A stretch of DNA of 63,956 nucleotides, counting the filler, from Gonapodya sp. JEL0774 (taxonomy: Eukaryota): assembly GCA_027604505.1 (NCBI GenBank). It is 4 parts of 4 records of this genome, joined end to end, with 100 filler letters (N's around TTAATTAATTAA, not from the genome) between each part and the next. Parts side by side here need not be neighbours in the genome. Positions count along the whole stretch, not along the records: positions 1 to 18,323 come from JADIIX010000262.1; 3 more parts are not named here. The stretch is one strand, 5' to 3'. Below the pieces are notes generated by a model that saw only the letters and a program-made list of their open reading frames with translations, ran no database searches and was not told where the DNA came from. Within the stretch, counting starts at the first letter, position 1. Every line of letters starts with the position of its first letter. Shown here in pieces: positions 1-13,572 of the stretch. A program made the translations under genes and the position numbers.

Positions 1-1859
1 GGGATGTGCAGAAGCCTGTGTCGGTTTGATGGCGAACCGATCGTCACGTCTCCCAACACCACCAAAATGGGCCGAGACGCGAAGCTATCCACTGCGAGGC
101 TTGGGAAAGGAGTCTCTGGTTTGGAGTGGGATTCGACGCCACCAAGGCACGCAATGCGTTGGATCGATATCCGTTCGAGTTTGTTGAGGAGGGATGCGAG
201 GATTGTGGTGCGGACGGCAGTGGGTGTGGGTGTTGGTGCAGGCCTCAGTGCCACTGTGAGATCGTCCATTGTGGTGGTCCCCAACTTCGTATCACTGTCT
301 GACCTGTCCGACACGTTGGCCATCTGCGTCAACGCCCACCTGTTTCAAACTACGGAGCTGCTGCTGCGGTGTCGGTCCTCCACCGTCTACGACGACACGA
401 TCCACACCAGCCATCCCATCACACTCCCCGCTCACAGTGGTGACCACGTGGGCCGCCACGGGCAACCGAGGCCCATGATCGTCTCTGTGCGACATTCCTG
501 ACAACAATCCGGAGGACATAGCAGAGGACGCTGAGGCCATGGTGGAGAGCGAGGTGAGTGAGTGGGACAGATGAGGGAAACGGAGCGGGAGCGGATCAAG
601 GTAGTGGCTTGGTTCGGGCACGCCGGATCTGTATCATTCGAGAATGAGGAATTGGTTGGGTGAGTTGTACTCACGCACCACCAACCTAACGCAATCCTCC
701 AACTTACCCGTGGTCGTCCAACTCCACGCCTTGTCCCCCCAATTTCGTGCGCCCCGTTCCTTCCTCCCCCCGTGGGCGGGGGATGTGGGGGTTCGGGTTG
801 GTGGCGGTTGTGGGTGTGGACGAGACGGTGAAGGAGGTGGTGGTGGTGATTAGGGAGGAGACGACGGTGGCGATGATGGATGTCGAGGCCCACAAGACGC
901 AAGGGTTGGGGGAGGTGGTCGGTGAACGGGGCTTCACAAGGTACTGAAGCGGTGAAGCACCACCGCCGTGTTGGACACCAGGAAACCGGACAATCCCGAT
1001 CCCGGGACACGTTGAGCTGGTCAATGTCCCAGACCACCACGACCTCGGCGCCTGCCGGGGTAGACCACAACCTGCCGTGCCATACTCTTTACTATAGGTT
1101 CGGGCAACGATGGAGGGGACGCGAGTGTTTTGAGTGGGGACAGCAGTACGGGAATGCAGTGCGAGGTGGCTCGAGGACAGTGGTGTGGATGGGGGTGAGT
1201 GCGGCATGATCGGGGTGCGAGCGTGCAGGTGACACGCTGTATAATGAACGACGACTGGATCCTGACATGTTGGACATTGAGCGTTGACCGGAGTCGGCCG
1301 AAGTGGTGGTGGCCTTGGTGGCGGTAAGGGACGGAGGGTAGGACGGGTCGGGTGGGACCCGCTGCAACAGCAGATGAGACACGCGACAGTGAGCGAGCTG
1401 ATGACCAGTCCAGATGTGCAGATATCAATCAACTAACTTACCTGAATCGCACCGACGGATGGTTTGAGAACCAGAATAGAATCTAGTTATGGCTGCCCAG
1501 TTGCCGGCCCGTGCACCACTCCTAGTATCATTTTAAGAGTGAGTTTTGATGATATTCAAGCCTCTAAACGACAGTTTACGTGGCCGGTTAAAGTTTTGGG
1601 GGAAGCGGAGTTGTGCCAGCCTGTTCGGGTCCGGGTGGAATAATGCCCGGTTGCAGGCTGGGAACCCCGGTCTAAATGGATGGATGGATGCGGTCATTCA
1701 GTCCGAATTCGGTTGTCGCGAACTGTGCAGCGATGTGCGCGGCAAAGGCTGCCCGAAGGTGGCATGGAGTCTCCTCCTAAAATGGAATCAAAACGCAACC
1801 CCCACATTTGGGATTTGGAATGGAATGCGGGATACATTTTATGTTCTTTGAAACTCGGT

Positions 1860-2420
1860 TTCCTCCTCACTCCCTTCATGGATCTCAACCCCCGTCCGTT
1901 TCGTTTGCACTCACTCTTCAAACGAACACCGTCTGGGCCGGCAAAGGAGAATGGGCAGGAAAAACGGACCAAATCACGGCGCAAAGTAGAATGAGCGAAG
2001 AATTTCCAGTGGATTGGACTGTGATAGGTCAATTTTTACCTTCAAATCAACTTCAGCTGGTTGGTCCAATTTCCGTCCGTTTGAGAGACACACTTCGTCC
2101 TTCCCATCGTCGCCACGTTATATCACTCGAACGAAAGTGAGGAGAAATCCGTCTCTTTGGACTGGAGTCTCCTCTTCTCTCCATTGTCCCATCGCCAGCC
2201 TCACTTCGACACAACACTTTCTGGGCCGGTAACGGAGGAGAAACGGGAAAACGGACCGAATTGTGGTGAGAAATGGAGCGAGCGAAGGATTGCCGGTGAA
2301 TTGGACGGCAATAGGTGAGTTTCCATAACGAACCAGTGTGTCTGCTCGATTGTCATTCCGTCCGTTTCAGAGACCCCGTCGTCCTTCCCATCGTAGCAAC
2401 GTTATCTCAATTGAGTGAAA
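1860..2420. repeat. Degenerate two-copy tandem repeat, period ~288 bp
   Basis: CTGGGCCGG at 1933 and 2221; downstream blocks AAAACGGACC, TTCCGTCCGTTT and CGTCCTTCCCATCGT recur at a similar offset. Confidence 0.6.
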
Positions 2421-3297
2421 CAACTCAATAATGAAGGCTGTGAAGAACAACCTTCTCACCAAGTCAAACTCAGTGAAGCGGCTTCAAACCAGAATACTCG
2501 GGGCTCGTGCGGGACGCTCAAACAACACCAAAGCAGCGGAGGACGTGGCCAAGCAGAACGGTCAACGGACAACTCCTTCGAGAGGCTCGGGAGTCGGCAG
2601 AGAAGTGGGCGCCTTAGAGCCGGACCCGGAAATGGAGGAGACAGAACCGGAGTCAGAGGACTCGGACGATGAAAGGAGTCTCATGGAAGCGGACACCGTG
2701 GTTTCGGACGACGAGGTATCGGATGTGGACGAGGCGGTCTAAAGGACAACAGAACGGCCAGTAGGATGAAAGGGAACAGGAATGGATATGGACAGCAGAA
2801 CTACATTGTACGTTATTTTACAGACTTTTCAATGCAGTACAGAGTATCGGGTGGCCGAGAGGCAAGGGTGGGGTGGTCCAAAATAAACTCCGATATAATC
2901 CAGATGTGCACCATAGGTGCGGCGGACTGGCAGAGTCGTCAAGGTGCTCCGTTCGCTCCGGCCGCTCTGGAGCAGGTCGGATTGTGGCCGGAGCGGGTTT
3001 CTGATTTCCGCACCGCGGTGGCAAGCCCACTTCATGCAAGACGAGCAAAATAAGTTTCTCAATAGACGACAAGCTGCTGTCTTCATGGGAGTCAAATATA
3101 ATGCAAGCTATGCCTGTATTTGGATAGTGATATGCGAGGTCCTGAATTGCTCAGGGTAACGTAAAATTTAGTTCCAGAAACAGAAACGCCGGTGCTCCAG
3201 ATCCATACGTACAGCTGGCGCTTCGGTGCAATCAACCATCACTCTCCGTTTTCCCTTTCCAGCTCGTGAACTGCCGGGGAAAATGTTCAGAAACGCG

Positions 3298-6200
3298 ATG
3301 CCGTCAAGCGGCCTCGGCTTCTTGACGCTCGTGGTGCTCGTGCTGTCTGTGACCGCCCAAACTAAACTACCAAAGGGCTCTCTCTGCAAGGCGGATTCGG
3401 ACTGTAGAAACGGCAACTGTAAGTCTTCGTTCCTTAGTACTCGGTGAATGCGCTTTGCATGAGGGCTGATGTGGTGTCTATCTGCAACGTTACCGCGAAA
3501 TGCCCCCTGACGCTTTTGCCGAACGGCTCTCTAGGCCAATCGAGTCCAGATGTCAATGGACAGGGTATTTGTTTTTGCAACGCCGGTGGCCAGTGGACGT
3601 GGGGCACGAGTTCGTACCGTTTCTTTCTGCCACCTTTGATTGTTCTGATTGCTGAGGGAGGACATTTGAAATATTTCTCGCAGATTTGAAATGTGGCACT
3701 AGTGGAGTTGAATTCCGCTGCGGGTTGGCTGGTTGGTCTGCCGTCAACCCTACTTTGCCGTGCCCAACTACGACAACGACGACAACTACGACAACCGTCT
3801 TGTGAGAACTGCAAGTGTGCCAGGCTGGAGAGAGTTGCATCTTGTTTCATGCGTTCCCAAATTTCTCAAACAATCAGGACCGTTAAGACTACCGAATTAC
3901 CAATGTGAGTCGCAGGACATGTTGCCGTAGCCTCATTCGCAAATTGACATAAAACTTTCACCGAAATATCTCACAGGTTCTCATCCCAGTCGCTCTCTAC
4001 CACCAAGGATTTTACAACAAGTGATAATCCATCCACTACGACTGTAGTACCGACGTGAGTTTGTCTTGAGTGCACTGTACCGTCAGCTCATTCCATGTAC
4101 ATTTGCATCCTCGATCTTGTTCGGCTGCAGATCCACCACCACAGAAATCACGACCAGTCAGACACCTTCTTCCACCACTGAAGAGACGACGTGAGTTTCT
4201 CAAAGTGATGCAATCTCGTTGCTTCAGCTCAATATATGTCCTCCCACCAATAGATCCACTACCGAGAATCCCTCTTCCACCGCGGAGAGTACGACGAGTG
4301 AAGCGCCTTCTTCCACGACTGAAATGACGACGTAAGTTGATTTGATGCATAGCGAGTGAGCGGCTCAAGCCAAAAATCCGATTCTCACTTGGTTCGAGAA
4401 CAGATCCACCACAACAGAGAGCTTGACCAGCGAGACACCTTCTTCCACTACTGAAAAGACGACGTGAGTTCATCGAAAGGATGCTGCCTCATTGCTTCAA
4501 CTCACTGTAGTTCGTCCAACCAACAGGTCCACTNNNNNNNNNNNNNNNNNNNNNNNNNNNNNNNNNNNNNNNNNNNNNNNNNNNNNNNNNNNNNNNNNNN
4601 NNNNNNNNNNNNNNNNNNNNNNNNNNNNNNNNAAGACGACGTGAGCTCATCGAAAGGATGCTGCCTCATTGCTTCAACTCACTGTAGTTCGTCCAACCAA
4701 CAGGTCCACTACCGAGTCCACCACGGAGAGCACGACGAGTGAAACGCCATCCTCCACGACTGAAGCCACAACGTGAGTCGGTGGGATGTATCATGCCAGC
4801 ATCTGCAGTACGTGTTTGAATCTCGAACATCATTGGCAACAGACCTACCTCAGCAGAGAGCTCTTCTAGTGGTACCACCACCGATGCTATGACGTGAGTC
4901 GTTAAGCCCACCTGGTGCTACAAGGGAAAGATCCCAGTCTGATTTGGTCATGAATTCGAGCAGATCTCCCACCACCACGCGCTCCGAAAATACGACGAAC
5001 ACAAGGCGTAGGCACAGAACAACGCGCACAAGGAGGACTCGAAGACGAACGAGAACCACTTCCATTGAGGCCACAAGCACTGTTACTTCCTTGGCTAAAC
5101 CAACTACAACTTCTGAGTATCTCACTTCATTTAGCGAAAGTACGCGCACACTCGCTACCTCAACTGAAACCATAACTGCGGAATCTGCAACGTGAGATGA
5201 TCGTGCAATCGTTTGTGCACGCCCCAATCGAACAATTCGACTTCGTTGGACAAAGGTTGGCTTCCACCACGGAGAATGCGACAAGTGAAACGTCTTTGTT
5301 TGAGACAGCGAGGCAAGTTGCTTTTTTCCAACGACGCCGTTACCTCAACTACAAATCTCATACGCCTTGTCGCATAATGCAGCTCCGCTACGTCCGACGT
5401 GGCCTCATTTACCACAGAGAGCGCGACAACGGATCCGGCATCTTCGAGCAGTGAAGCCGCCACGTAAGTCGCTTGAATTGCATGGGATTATCCGTCTCAA
5501 TCAAACGCACTCACCACATCCGTCGACAACTCTTTTCAGTTCCTCTTCCGAGATCACAAGCACCCCCACTTCCTTCACCGAGACGACAGCGTCTGAAACC
5601 ACCTGGACTCAAATTTTGACCCAGACGTACGTAACTGAGTACCCTCGTTGTTCAGGGTCCCGCGGTCCTATCACATATTTGTGCTGTCAGAACAACTTCC
5701 GCTGCTGGTGGTCCATTTGTGGCAGGTTCAGGCGATACAACCACGTCCACCACCGACACTAGCATCGGCACATCAACCGAAACTACTTCGTCCGAAGCAA
5801 GCTCTACTGAGTCTTTCGAAAGCACACAGACCTCAACTACGACCGCTATGTCCGTCAAGACGTCAACTACTGAAAGCACAAGCACTCTTAGCTCATCCAC
5901 TGACACCAGCTCTGCGGAAACAACCTCGACTGAAATCTCAGGGCTCTCTGTTACATCGACGGAGAGTACGAGCATCTTCAGCCCACCTACCGAGACCACC
6001 ACATCGGAAACACTCAAGACTGAAACTTCAGAGATCACCACTACAACTGTTGACATCACGAGCACTCTGATTTCATATTCGTATTCTGAGACCAGCACCT
6101 CGGAAACAACATCGACTGGAATCTCAGAGACTTCCACGAAATCCTTTGAGAGCACAAGTATCCCCACGTCATCCATCGAGACAACCATCTCTGAAGTCAC

Positions 6201-9181
6201 GTCGACGGAAACTTTCACTCAAATGTAGGTCAGAGTGTTCTCTTGCCGCTACCCTTCCCGCATTAAAATCCTATGGAAATCTGGATACATGTTATTGCAG
6301 GACATCTACTCCTGCTGGTGGGCCGTTTGTTGCAGGATCAGGCGATACCACCACGTCCACAGAGACTAGCATGAGTACACCCATCTCCTCGACCGAAATA
6401 ACTTCCTCCCAAACAACTTCCGCTGGGACATCAGAAAACTCATCGGCCACCTCAACGATCGAAAGTTCGCGTACTGTTCCTTTGTCCACCGAAACAACGG
6501 CTTCGGGATCCACATCCATTGAGATATCAGTCGAGACGTCAGCCTCAACCACCGAGCGCACTAGCACTCTTGGCTTATCCACCGAGACCAGCTCTATGGA
6601 GATAACCTCGACCACCACCTCAGAGCTCCCGTCATCCACCCACAGCACGGGCTCCTTCAGTCCATCAGCTGAGACCACCACATCAGAAATAACTACGACT
6701 GAAAGCTCAGAGATCCCCACTACGACTGTTGACATCACGAGCACTCCGATTTCATATTCGTATTCTGAGACCAGCACCTTGGAAGCAACATCGACTGAAA
6801 CCTCAGAGACTTCCACGACAATCTTCAGTATCACAAGTATCCCCACGTCGTCCACCGAGACAAGCGTCTCTGAATATAGCTCAACTGAGACTTCGACCCA
6901 GACGTACGTAACTGAGCCCACTTGTTGTTCACTTTCCCATTTGAGACCTATCTGTATGCGGATGTTTCTACTTGCAGACAAACACCGTTCGTGGCAGGAT
7001 CAGGCGATACCACCACAGAAAGTACAAGTACACTCGTCTTGTCAACTGAAACCCCTTCCTCCGAAGTGACTTCTACAGAGACGTCCGAAGGCACACCGAC
7101 CTTGACTACCACCGAACTGTCAGTTGAGACGTCAACAGCGACCACCGACAGCGCGAGCACTTTTAGCTCTTCCACTGAGACTAGCTCCTCGCAAGTGACC
7201 TGGACTGAAACCTCAGAGTTCTCCATGACATCCACTGATAACACAAGTACCCTCGGCCCGTCTACTGAGACATCCGTAGCTGAAGCAACTTCAACTGAAG
7301 TTTCGGAGATCCCCACAACAACCGATGAAATCACAAGCACTGATTCTGCGACCAGCGTTTTGGAAACACCCACTGAAACTTTAGAGTCCCCCACCACAAC
7401 TATTGAAAGCACTACTACTTGGATTTCATCTACCGAGACGGAAACTGCTTCGATGGGAAATTCAGAGACCTCCACTATTACGACTGAAAGCACAAGTACT
7501 CTCACAACCTCCGGTGAACGAACCTTAACTGAATATTCGACGTCATCTGTCACTACATCTACCGAAATGAAATCGACCAGTGAGGTCACGACGACTGAAA
7601 CTATTACCACAACACGAACTAGCTCGATGCAAGTATTCGCTTAAGCATCATCCACTTTCCTTTACCTCCCGCATCTACAATTCCCGTTTATATATCTTCA
7701 CAGGACGACCACAACCGCTGGGTCAGTTCGCAGCTGCGATACAATCCACCAGAATTATCTGAATGGCGTCACAATGAATGCTCAAGATTACAGCGACTGG
7801 ACAGCATGGTAAGGTAATCTGAACAGAATTCAAATCATCACTATGACATGTACCTGGCGGATGCCTTTTCTTCCCTTCAAACTGCAGGTGCTGCAATACC
7901 TGTAAGTCCGACTCTTGTGTTCACTTGTTACGTGTGTGGCTGAACATTTTGGTTTGTACCGCAGGGTTCCCCGACGGTATAGGAGGCAGTACGAACACTC
8001 GAAGCTGCGATACCATCCACCAAAAGTATGTGAACGGTGTTTCAATGAGCGCTCAAGACTTCAATGACTGGGAGACATGGTATGACGCAAACTTTCGAAA
8101 TAATGCGACTGCTTGGAGCTGACTCTATATCTCTCCTGCTCATATGCTCTAGGAAATGTTCTACTTGTGAGTGGACTTGGTGCGTTTTGTTTTTGGTAGG
8201 ATCAGCCAGCTCACATGCCGTTGGACTTTTGTAGGGTTCCCCGGCGGTATCGGATCAACCAACACCAATAATCGGAGCTGCGACACGATTCACTTGAATT
8301 ATCTCAATGGAATCATAATGACTGCTCAGGACTACAACGACTGGGCTGCATGGTACTTCCGTGGTTATTGTATTCTGCTATTCGCCGAGTTGATTGAACA
8401 TGTGCTATCTTTTGTTTCCTGTCGCATCCAGGACTTGTAATACTTGTACGTCTACGCCTCCGCCCTCACCGCGAGTGATACGTTATGAAGTTCTCTTGTA
8501 TCTTCCTCAGGGTTCCCGAACGGAATTGGTGCTGGAACCGCCACCCCCCGGAGCTGCGACACAATTTACAAGGCGTATGTTGACGGAATTTCCATGAAAC
8601 CTCGAGACTTCAGTGACTGGGCGTCGTGGTATGTGGCGTCCTTTTTTGTTTTCGGTGGTGGTTTGGCCAGCGAATTTGAACACACCCACCCTGTATCCGC
8701 CTCTTTGCATTCACCCCACTATCTCAGGAATTGCAATACTTGTAAGTTGCTATCAGATTCAGCACTTTGACCTCAATTCTCTAATGCCGAGTGTAACTTG
8801 CAGGGTTCCCTGGTGGTATCGGGGGTGTCACCTCCACGACACGGAGCTGCGACACGATCTACCAGAGGTACCGAAACGGAGAGAGGATGACCGTTCGAGA
8901 CTACCGCGATTGGGCGGCTTGGTGAGAAGCTTTGCTAGGTAACGCCGATCTTCTCGTCGTGATCTTGATCCCTGGCATTCCCGCACACCGTTGTTCCCTC
9001 TCTTGACCAACGTTCGTTCCCTCGCCGAACGTTTTCAGGGCGTGCAACACCTGTGAGTACAAACTCAACTGGCGTTAATGTCAGTTTGAATACACTAACA
9101 CGTCTTTATCAATTGCCAGGGTTCCCGGGCGGTATCGGTGCTCGCCGCAACAGGCGCCCGGTTTTCAACCGATCTCTCTAA
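3298..9181 (+). CDS. Multi-exon secreted mucin-like protein: signal peptide, Cys-rich N-terminus, long Ser/Thr-rich stalk, five C-terminal Cys/Trp repeats
   Basis: MPSSGLGFLTLVVLVLSVTAQ signal-like start followed by CKADSDCRNGNC and a GTAAGT donor; S/T-rich ORFs 5719-7644; the exon chain from 7703 to 9181 splices in frame to TAA at 9179-9181. Internal gap at 4534-4632. That the whole span is one gene is inferred. Confidence 0.75.
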
Positions 9182-9445
9182 TACCACTCGTGTCATTTTG
9201 TTTAATCGGTCATCGTTACTCTTTGCACTAATACATACTTTCGTGATTTTCAAGGACTTGAGACAGCGGGGCAGGGTTTTGTAGGATGGACGTGGATTAC
9301 GATTCTCGCTTGTAAAACTACATCGCGTCGGCTACCTAGTACTTTGGAATACATACACACTGCTTTGTGTTCATGCTTTGGTGCACCTCCCGCCGGCCCT
9401 GGTATGCGAGGCTCGTGATTCCAGTGACGATCACGCGAGCTCGTT

Positions 9446-9535
9446 AATTTTTGATTGGAACGTCACCCACTTCCAGAACTTGAGGATACAATTTTTGATT
9501 GGAACGTCACCCACTTCCAGAACCTGAGGATACAA
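9446..9535. repeat. 44-bp tandem duplication
   Basis: AATTTTTGATTGGAACGTCACCCACTTCCAGAAC(T/C)TGAGGATAC at 9446 and 9490. Confidence 0.9.
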
Positions 9536-10914
9536 TATATCCCATCAAGCCTCCACCCTAAGAGCTACTCTAATAACTGCGTTGCCGCGATAGGAAGAGT
9601 GTGGCGTGAGAAGCCCACTCTCGCAAAATACTGGCAGCCCAAGGGGGATCATTGGCACCAAACTGAGCTGAAAATCTCCCAGACAGATCCAGCTCAGTCG
9701 AGCTTGGCCGCCTGCACAAGAAAACTCTCACCCAATGTGCCTCGCCGGGGCTCTTGCACAAATCACCCAAGAAGGGTGTGTGCAGTGGATCACTTTGCAT
9801 GACGCACAAGTAGAGATTAAAAAACGAAGTGTATACTAAGCTTTGTAAAGAATAAGCAGAAAAGAGATCTAACTCACCAGTGGTCAGCGGATCCATTGTG
9901 TCAGCCACCACCACCTCCTTCATCTGCACGTCGCCCCTTCCCACGACCTTTCTTGCCACGCCCACCCAAATTCCTTGGAGATTGCCTCGACGGGGGGGTT
10001 GTCTCGAGACAGGTGGCAGGAACACCATAACCACCAGAACCAGGACTCACTGCAGTAGTAGCACCCTTTTGCTCTTGAGTTGTTGGTTGTCCGGATGATT
10101 CAGAAGCTTCTCAAGTAAAATTGAATATGTCGCATTGCTGATAAATCAATAGAGAGTCATGGACGAAAAGGATAAAAGCACCTACCCACGGCAGGTATTC
10201 TAACATTTGGATGAAACTTTGTTCGACCACCAGTCTGCCCTCTTGATTGGTCACCAAGCTGCCCCCGCTTCCCACTCCCACCATTGCCTCCCGTGTCATC
10301 ATCATTCCCATGGTCACCTCCATTGACATCATTGTGGTCCCCGTCTTCCGCCTTGTCGCTCTCTCTATCTGGGACCCCACCTGGTGTCATGGCTGCTTCA
10401 AGAAAGTGTGATGATGGCGTGATGATGGTGCAATTGTGAGGGTCTGGAGCCACTGAACAGCACAAGGTGGGGACAAGAGGTGATGAAACCAGAAGAGGGA
10501 TTGATAGAGAGTGAGATGAAATAGGGCAAAAAGGCGACACCATGGAGAATCAGGACAGAGTTGCACTGTGAAACCAACGCCCATTCACTCACCTTTGTTC
10601 AGTGAACTGGATGTGCCCCCTTCTGTGACTTGCTTCAGAGGATACGTAATCGTCTACATGGCTTTTAGATACCTGTTGTCCGCACGTTATATCTCAGCCA
10701 TAAGCATTGGTTGGATACAACAATCACTGGTCACTTCGCAGCCAGAGTAGTCGAACCGTGGCCATGAGAGCTGTCAGCAGCAAAGTGGACCCTCGTCCAT
10801 CCTTCAAACTTCCGGTCTGTATTCCATCTGCACTTTGTAGCCACTTGATATTGATGCTATATACATATAAAATATACGCAGCAATAAGTTACGCTCAGCA
10901 ACTACCTCTTACGT

Positions 10915-12814
10915 TTAGTGGAATAAAGAGTTGTCCAAGACCTGGTCGATCGAGGGACGCTTCGATGGATCTATGTCCAGCATGAGGAGCAGAAGCTGAA
11001 CAACTATTGAGATTAATTCATCAAGATAAGCCATCACAGAACTTGTGAACCGCAGAACGATCAACACTACCCACTGCGGCGGTCAACACGGCGCCAGCCA
11101 TCTCCCCACACGATCCCCCCGCGGAGTTGCGCAACATATTTCACGGACTGCTCATCCCACGAGTCTGAAGCGCAGAGACAACCGAAAGGAAGCGACCCTG
11201 ATATGCTGGATGTAATTTTTAGTCATTCTGGTGTTGAGGAACATACCAAAAGAAATTGAACACGTGACATGCAACAAACTTACAACGAGAAGCCGATCAC
11301 CCCAGCGGCGAACACATCAGCCGCGTAGCTCCCGAAAAAGTTCGGCGCATACGCTCCAATCTGCTCCGGGGCGGCGTACCCGGGGGTCCCGCAAGCAGTG
11401 CCAATGGCCGACATACTTTGCACCTCCTAAGTTGTAGAGGATATCTGAGATTCACCACACATATAACACTCATATGACCCCCCAAAAAGCTTACTGGAAA
11501 TGTTGCATCTGCAGGGTCTATGACCCACTGGTAATCTGGGTCTCCACTTTGATCCGCCAACATGATGTTGGCCAGCTTGAGGTCGCGATGAGCAACTCGG
11601 AGTCTGTGCAGGTGTTGTATGCCCAGCAAGACTCGTCTAAAGATTGCCATGGATTGGGCCACGTCGAATTGTCCTAGACCATACTCCTGGCCGAATACGG
11701 CATCCAAGAGGGTCCCACCAGAGTAGTATTGGGTCACTGCCATCGGAGAACATCGGGATGTCAAGATTAGGACAGAAAAGGCATACAGAAGACAATGTTT
11801 TGCACCAAGACTACGTACCCAGAAGTCCTCCTCTTCGAATTCGGGTGAAGAATAGAATAGACAGAAGATATGGGTGGGGATGGCGTTGAAGTAATTCGAA
11901 GATCTCAAACTCCGCGACTCCAAAACCATGAGTGAGTCTGAAAATTAGCTCCACGTTACTTTGCGAATTTCAGAGAAGGCGGGGATCGCGTACATTAGAT
12001 GTCGAGCGGTTCATTCTCACTGAATCAATGTACGTACTACTTCCCCGAGAAAGATGCGCGCGGAGCAATCTTTCACTTTCAGCTCACGGAACACGTGGAT
12101 TTCTCCTTGCTGACTGAGCTGGCGGTGTTGCCTCAAGCGTACTTGCAGGCACTCGGACGTTGCATTCTGTGTGGCCTTCAAGGACCATACCCGCAATCCT
12201 CGCAGAGTCTTCCTGTGCGTCAGTCAGGTTGTTGGAGAATTGGTCGAATTGCATCTGGAGGTGTGCCGCATGCGGCTGCAAGAATCACTGACTCGGAGTA
12301 GGCGAGCCGACCCATCAATTCTCTTCGCTGCTCTTCAGCGATTCCCCGAGTCACGATGTGAAGACTCTCCTTCACAAGACCGTCAGCGATTGCATCCTCT
12401 ACCGTCTCGGAAAGTACCACCACTGTCAATTCGAGCTTGCCGCATGCGGCTCGCAGAGCCTGCATCTCCTCCTTGGTGTGGACAGCGCTATTGCAAAGTT
12501 GGACGATAGTTCCGCTGGCGGAGTCCAAAGCACTTCTCAGCTCGACTCCTGAACTGCGCATCGTCTCCTCCTCTCGCCTCAGCTCTCCGAGCGTGCTCCT
12601 GCACTCCCGCAGCTCCAATAGAAGCTGCTTCTTTGTGGATTTCTTTCCGGACGACTTCCCCGAGATTTTCTTTGCGAATCTTGAGAGTGATGGGAACTAG
12701 AATTATGCGATTCAAAAGCAATCACTGGATTTGATGCGGATGATTGAAGACGATCGATGTAATTACCGAGAACCATCTCTTGAGGAGGTTTTTGCGCTCG
12801 GTAGATTTGTCCAT
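10915..12814 (-). pseudogene. Degenerate spliced Ser/Thr protein kinase with N-terminal coiled coil
   Basis: HRDLKLANIML, GTACGTPGYAAPE, DVFAAGV and DPSKRPS motifs across exons; DFG position reads DPA; apparent frameshifts near 12220 and 11850. Confidence 0.6.
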
Positions 12815-13572
12815 TGTCTGGGTGATCGGGATATCGATTGTGAGGGAGGATTCGTTTGCGAATGGATAGAACAAGTTACGCGCCGATACCGGATGTAGAT
12901 TGAGAACAAGAGATGACTGGTGGTGGAAGTCTGCTGTATGATTCTAAGGCGCCATCAGAGATGCACCAACCTGATTGGTTGACGACCCAAAACAACCTGG
13001 CCCTGATTGCTTTGTGGTTGAACTCCACTCAGTCAGTCATTCATATGGCCAATGTATTCCACGGAGAAATTCCTGGCGCCACAGCCTCTCCACAACCTCT
13101 CTGCCACCTCTCCACCACATTCCACCCCATTCCAACCAAGGTCAGTCGAGAGAGAACCCTAATCTCGCACTCTATTACACAGATTTCTTCTACAGGGGTG
13201 ACTTGACGTACTAAGTGTAAAAATGGTTGAGTCACCAGACCTGCTTGGTTAATATATTGCCAATATATTGCACTGGCACCGGCCACTGGTCTTCGCGGGG
13301 GAGCGCGGGGGAGCACGGTGAAAAAGTATTTGTGAAAAGAATTTTGTTGGTACTCGATTTGAACTTTGTGTTTTTCTGCTGGTTACGAATCGCCAGTTGA
13401 ATTCGTCAACAATGTAGTGGGTGTTTGTTTCCTTCGACATGGCCAGGGACCCTGCTAGCCACAGTCCAGCCCTATCCTTCACCCGTCTTTGTTCCTTACT
13501 ACCATGTTGGGCGATGCTGCTACTGCTACTACACATCCACAGTTTCCAAGTCTGCTTGCAGGAACGGGTAAC

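Noticed and set aside
1..1432. Overlapping ORFs at the window start
   Set aside because: No recognisable motif, and I could not choose a coding strand.
4456..4710. 78-bp direct repeat flanking the N gap
   Set aside because: Near-identical sequence on both sides of a gap is most simply an unmerged assembly overlap.
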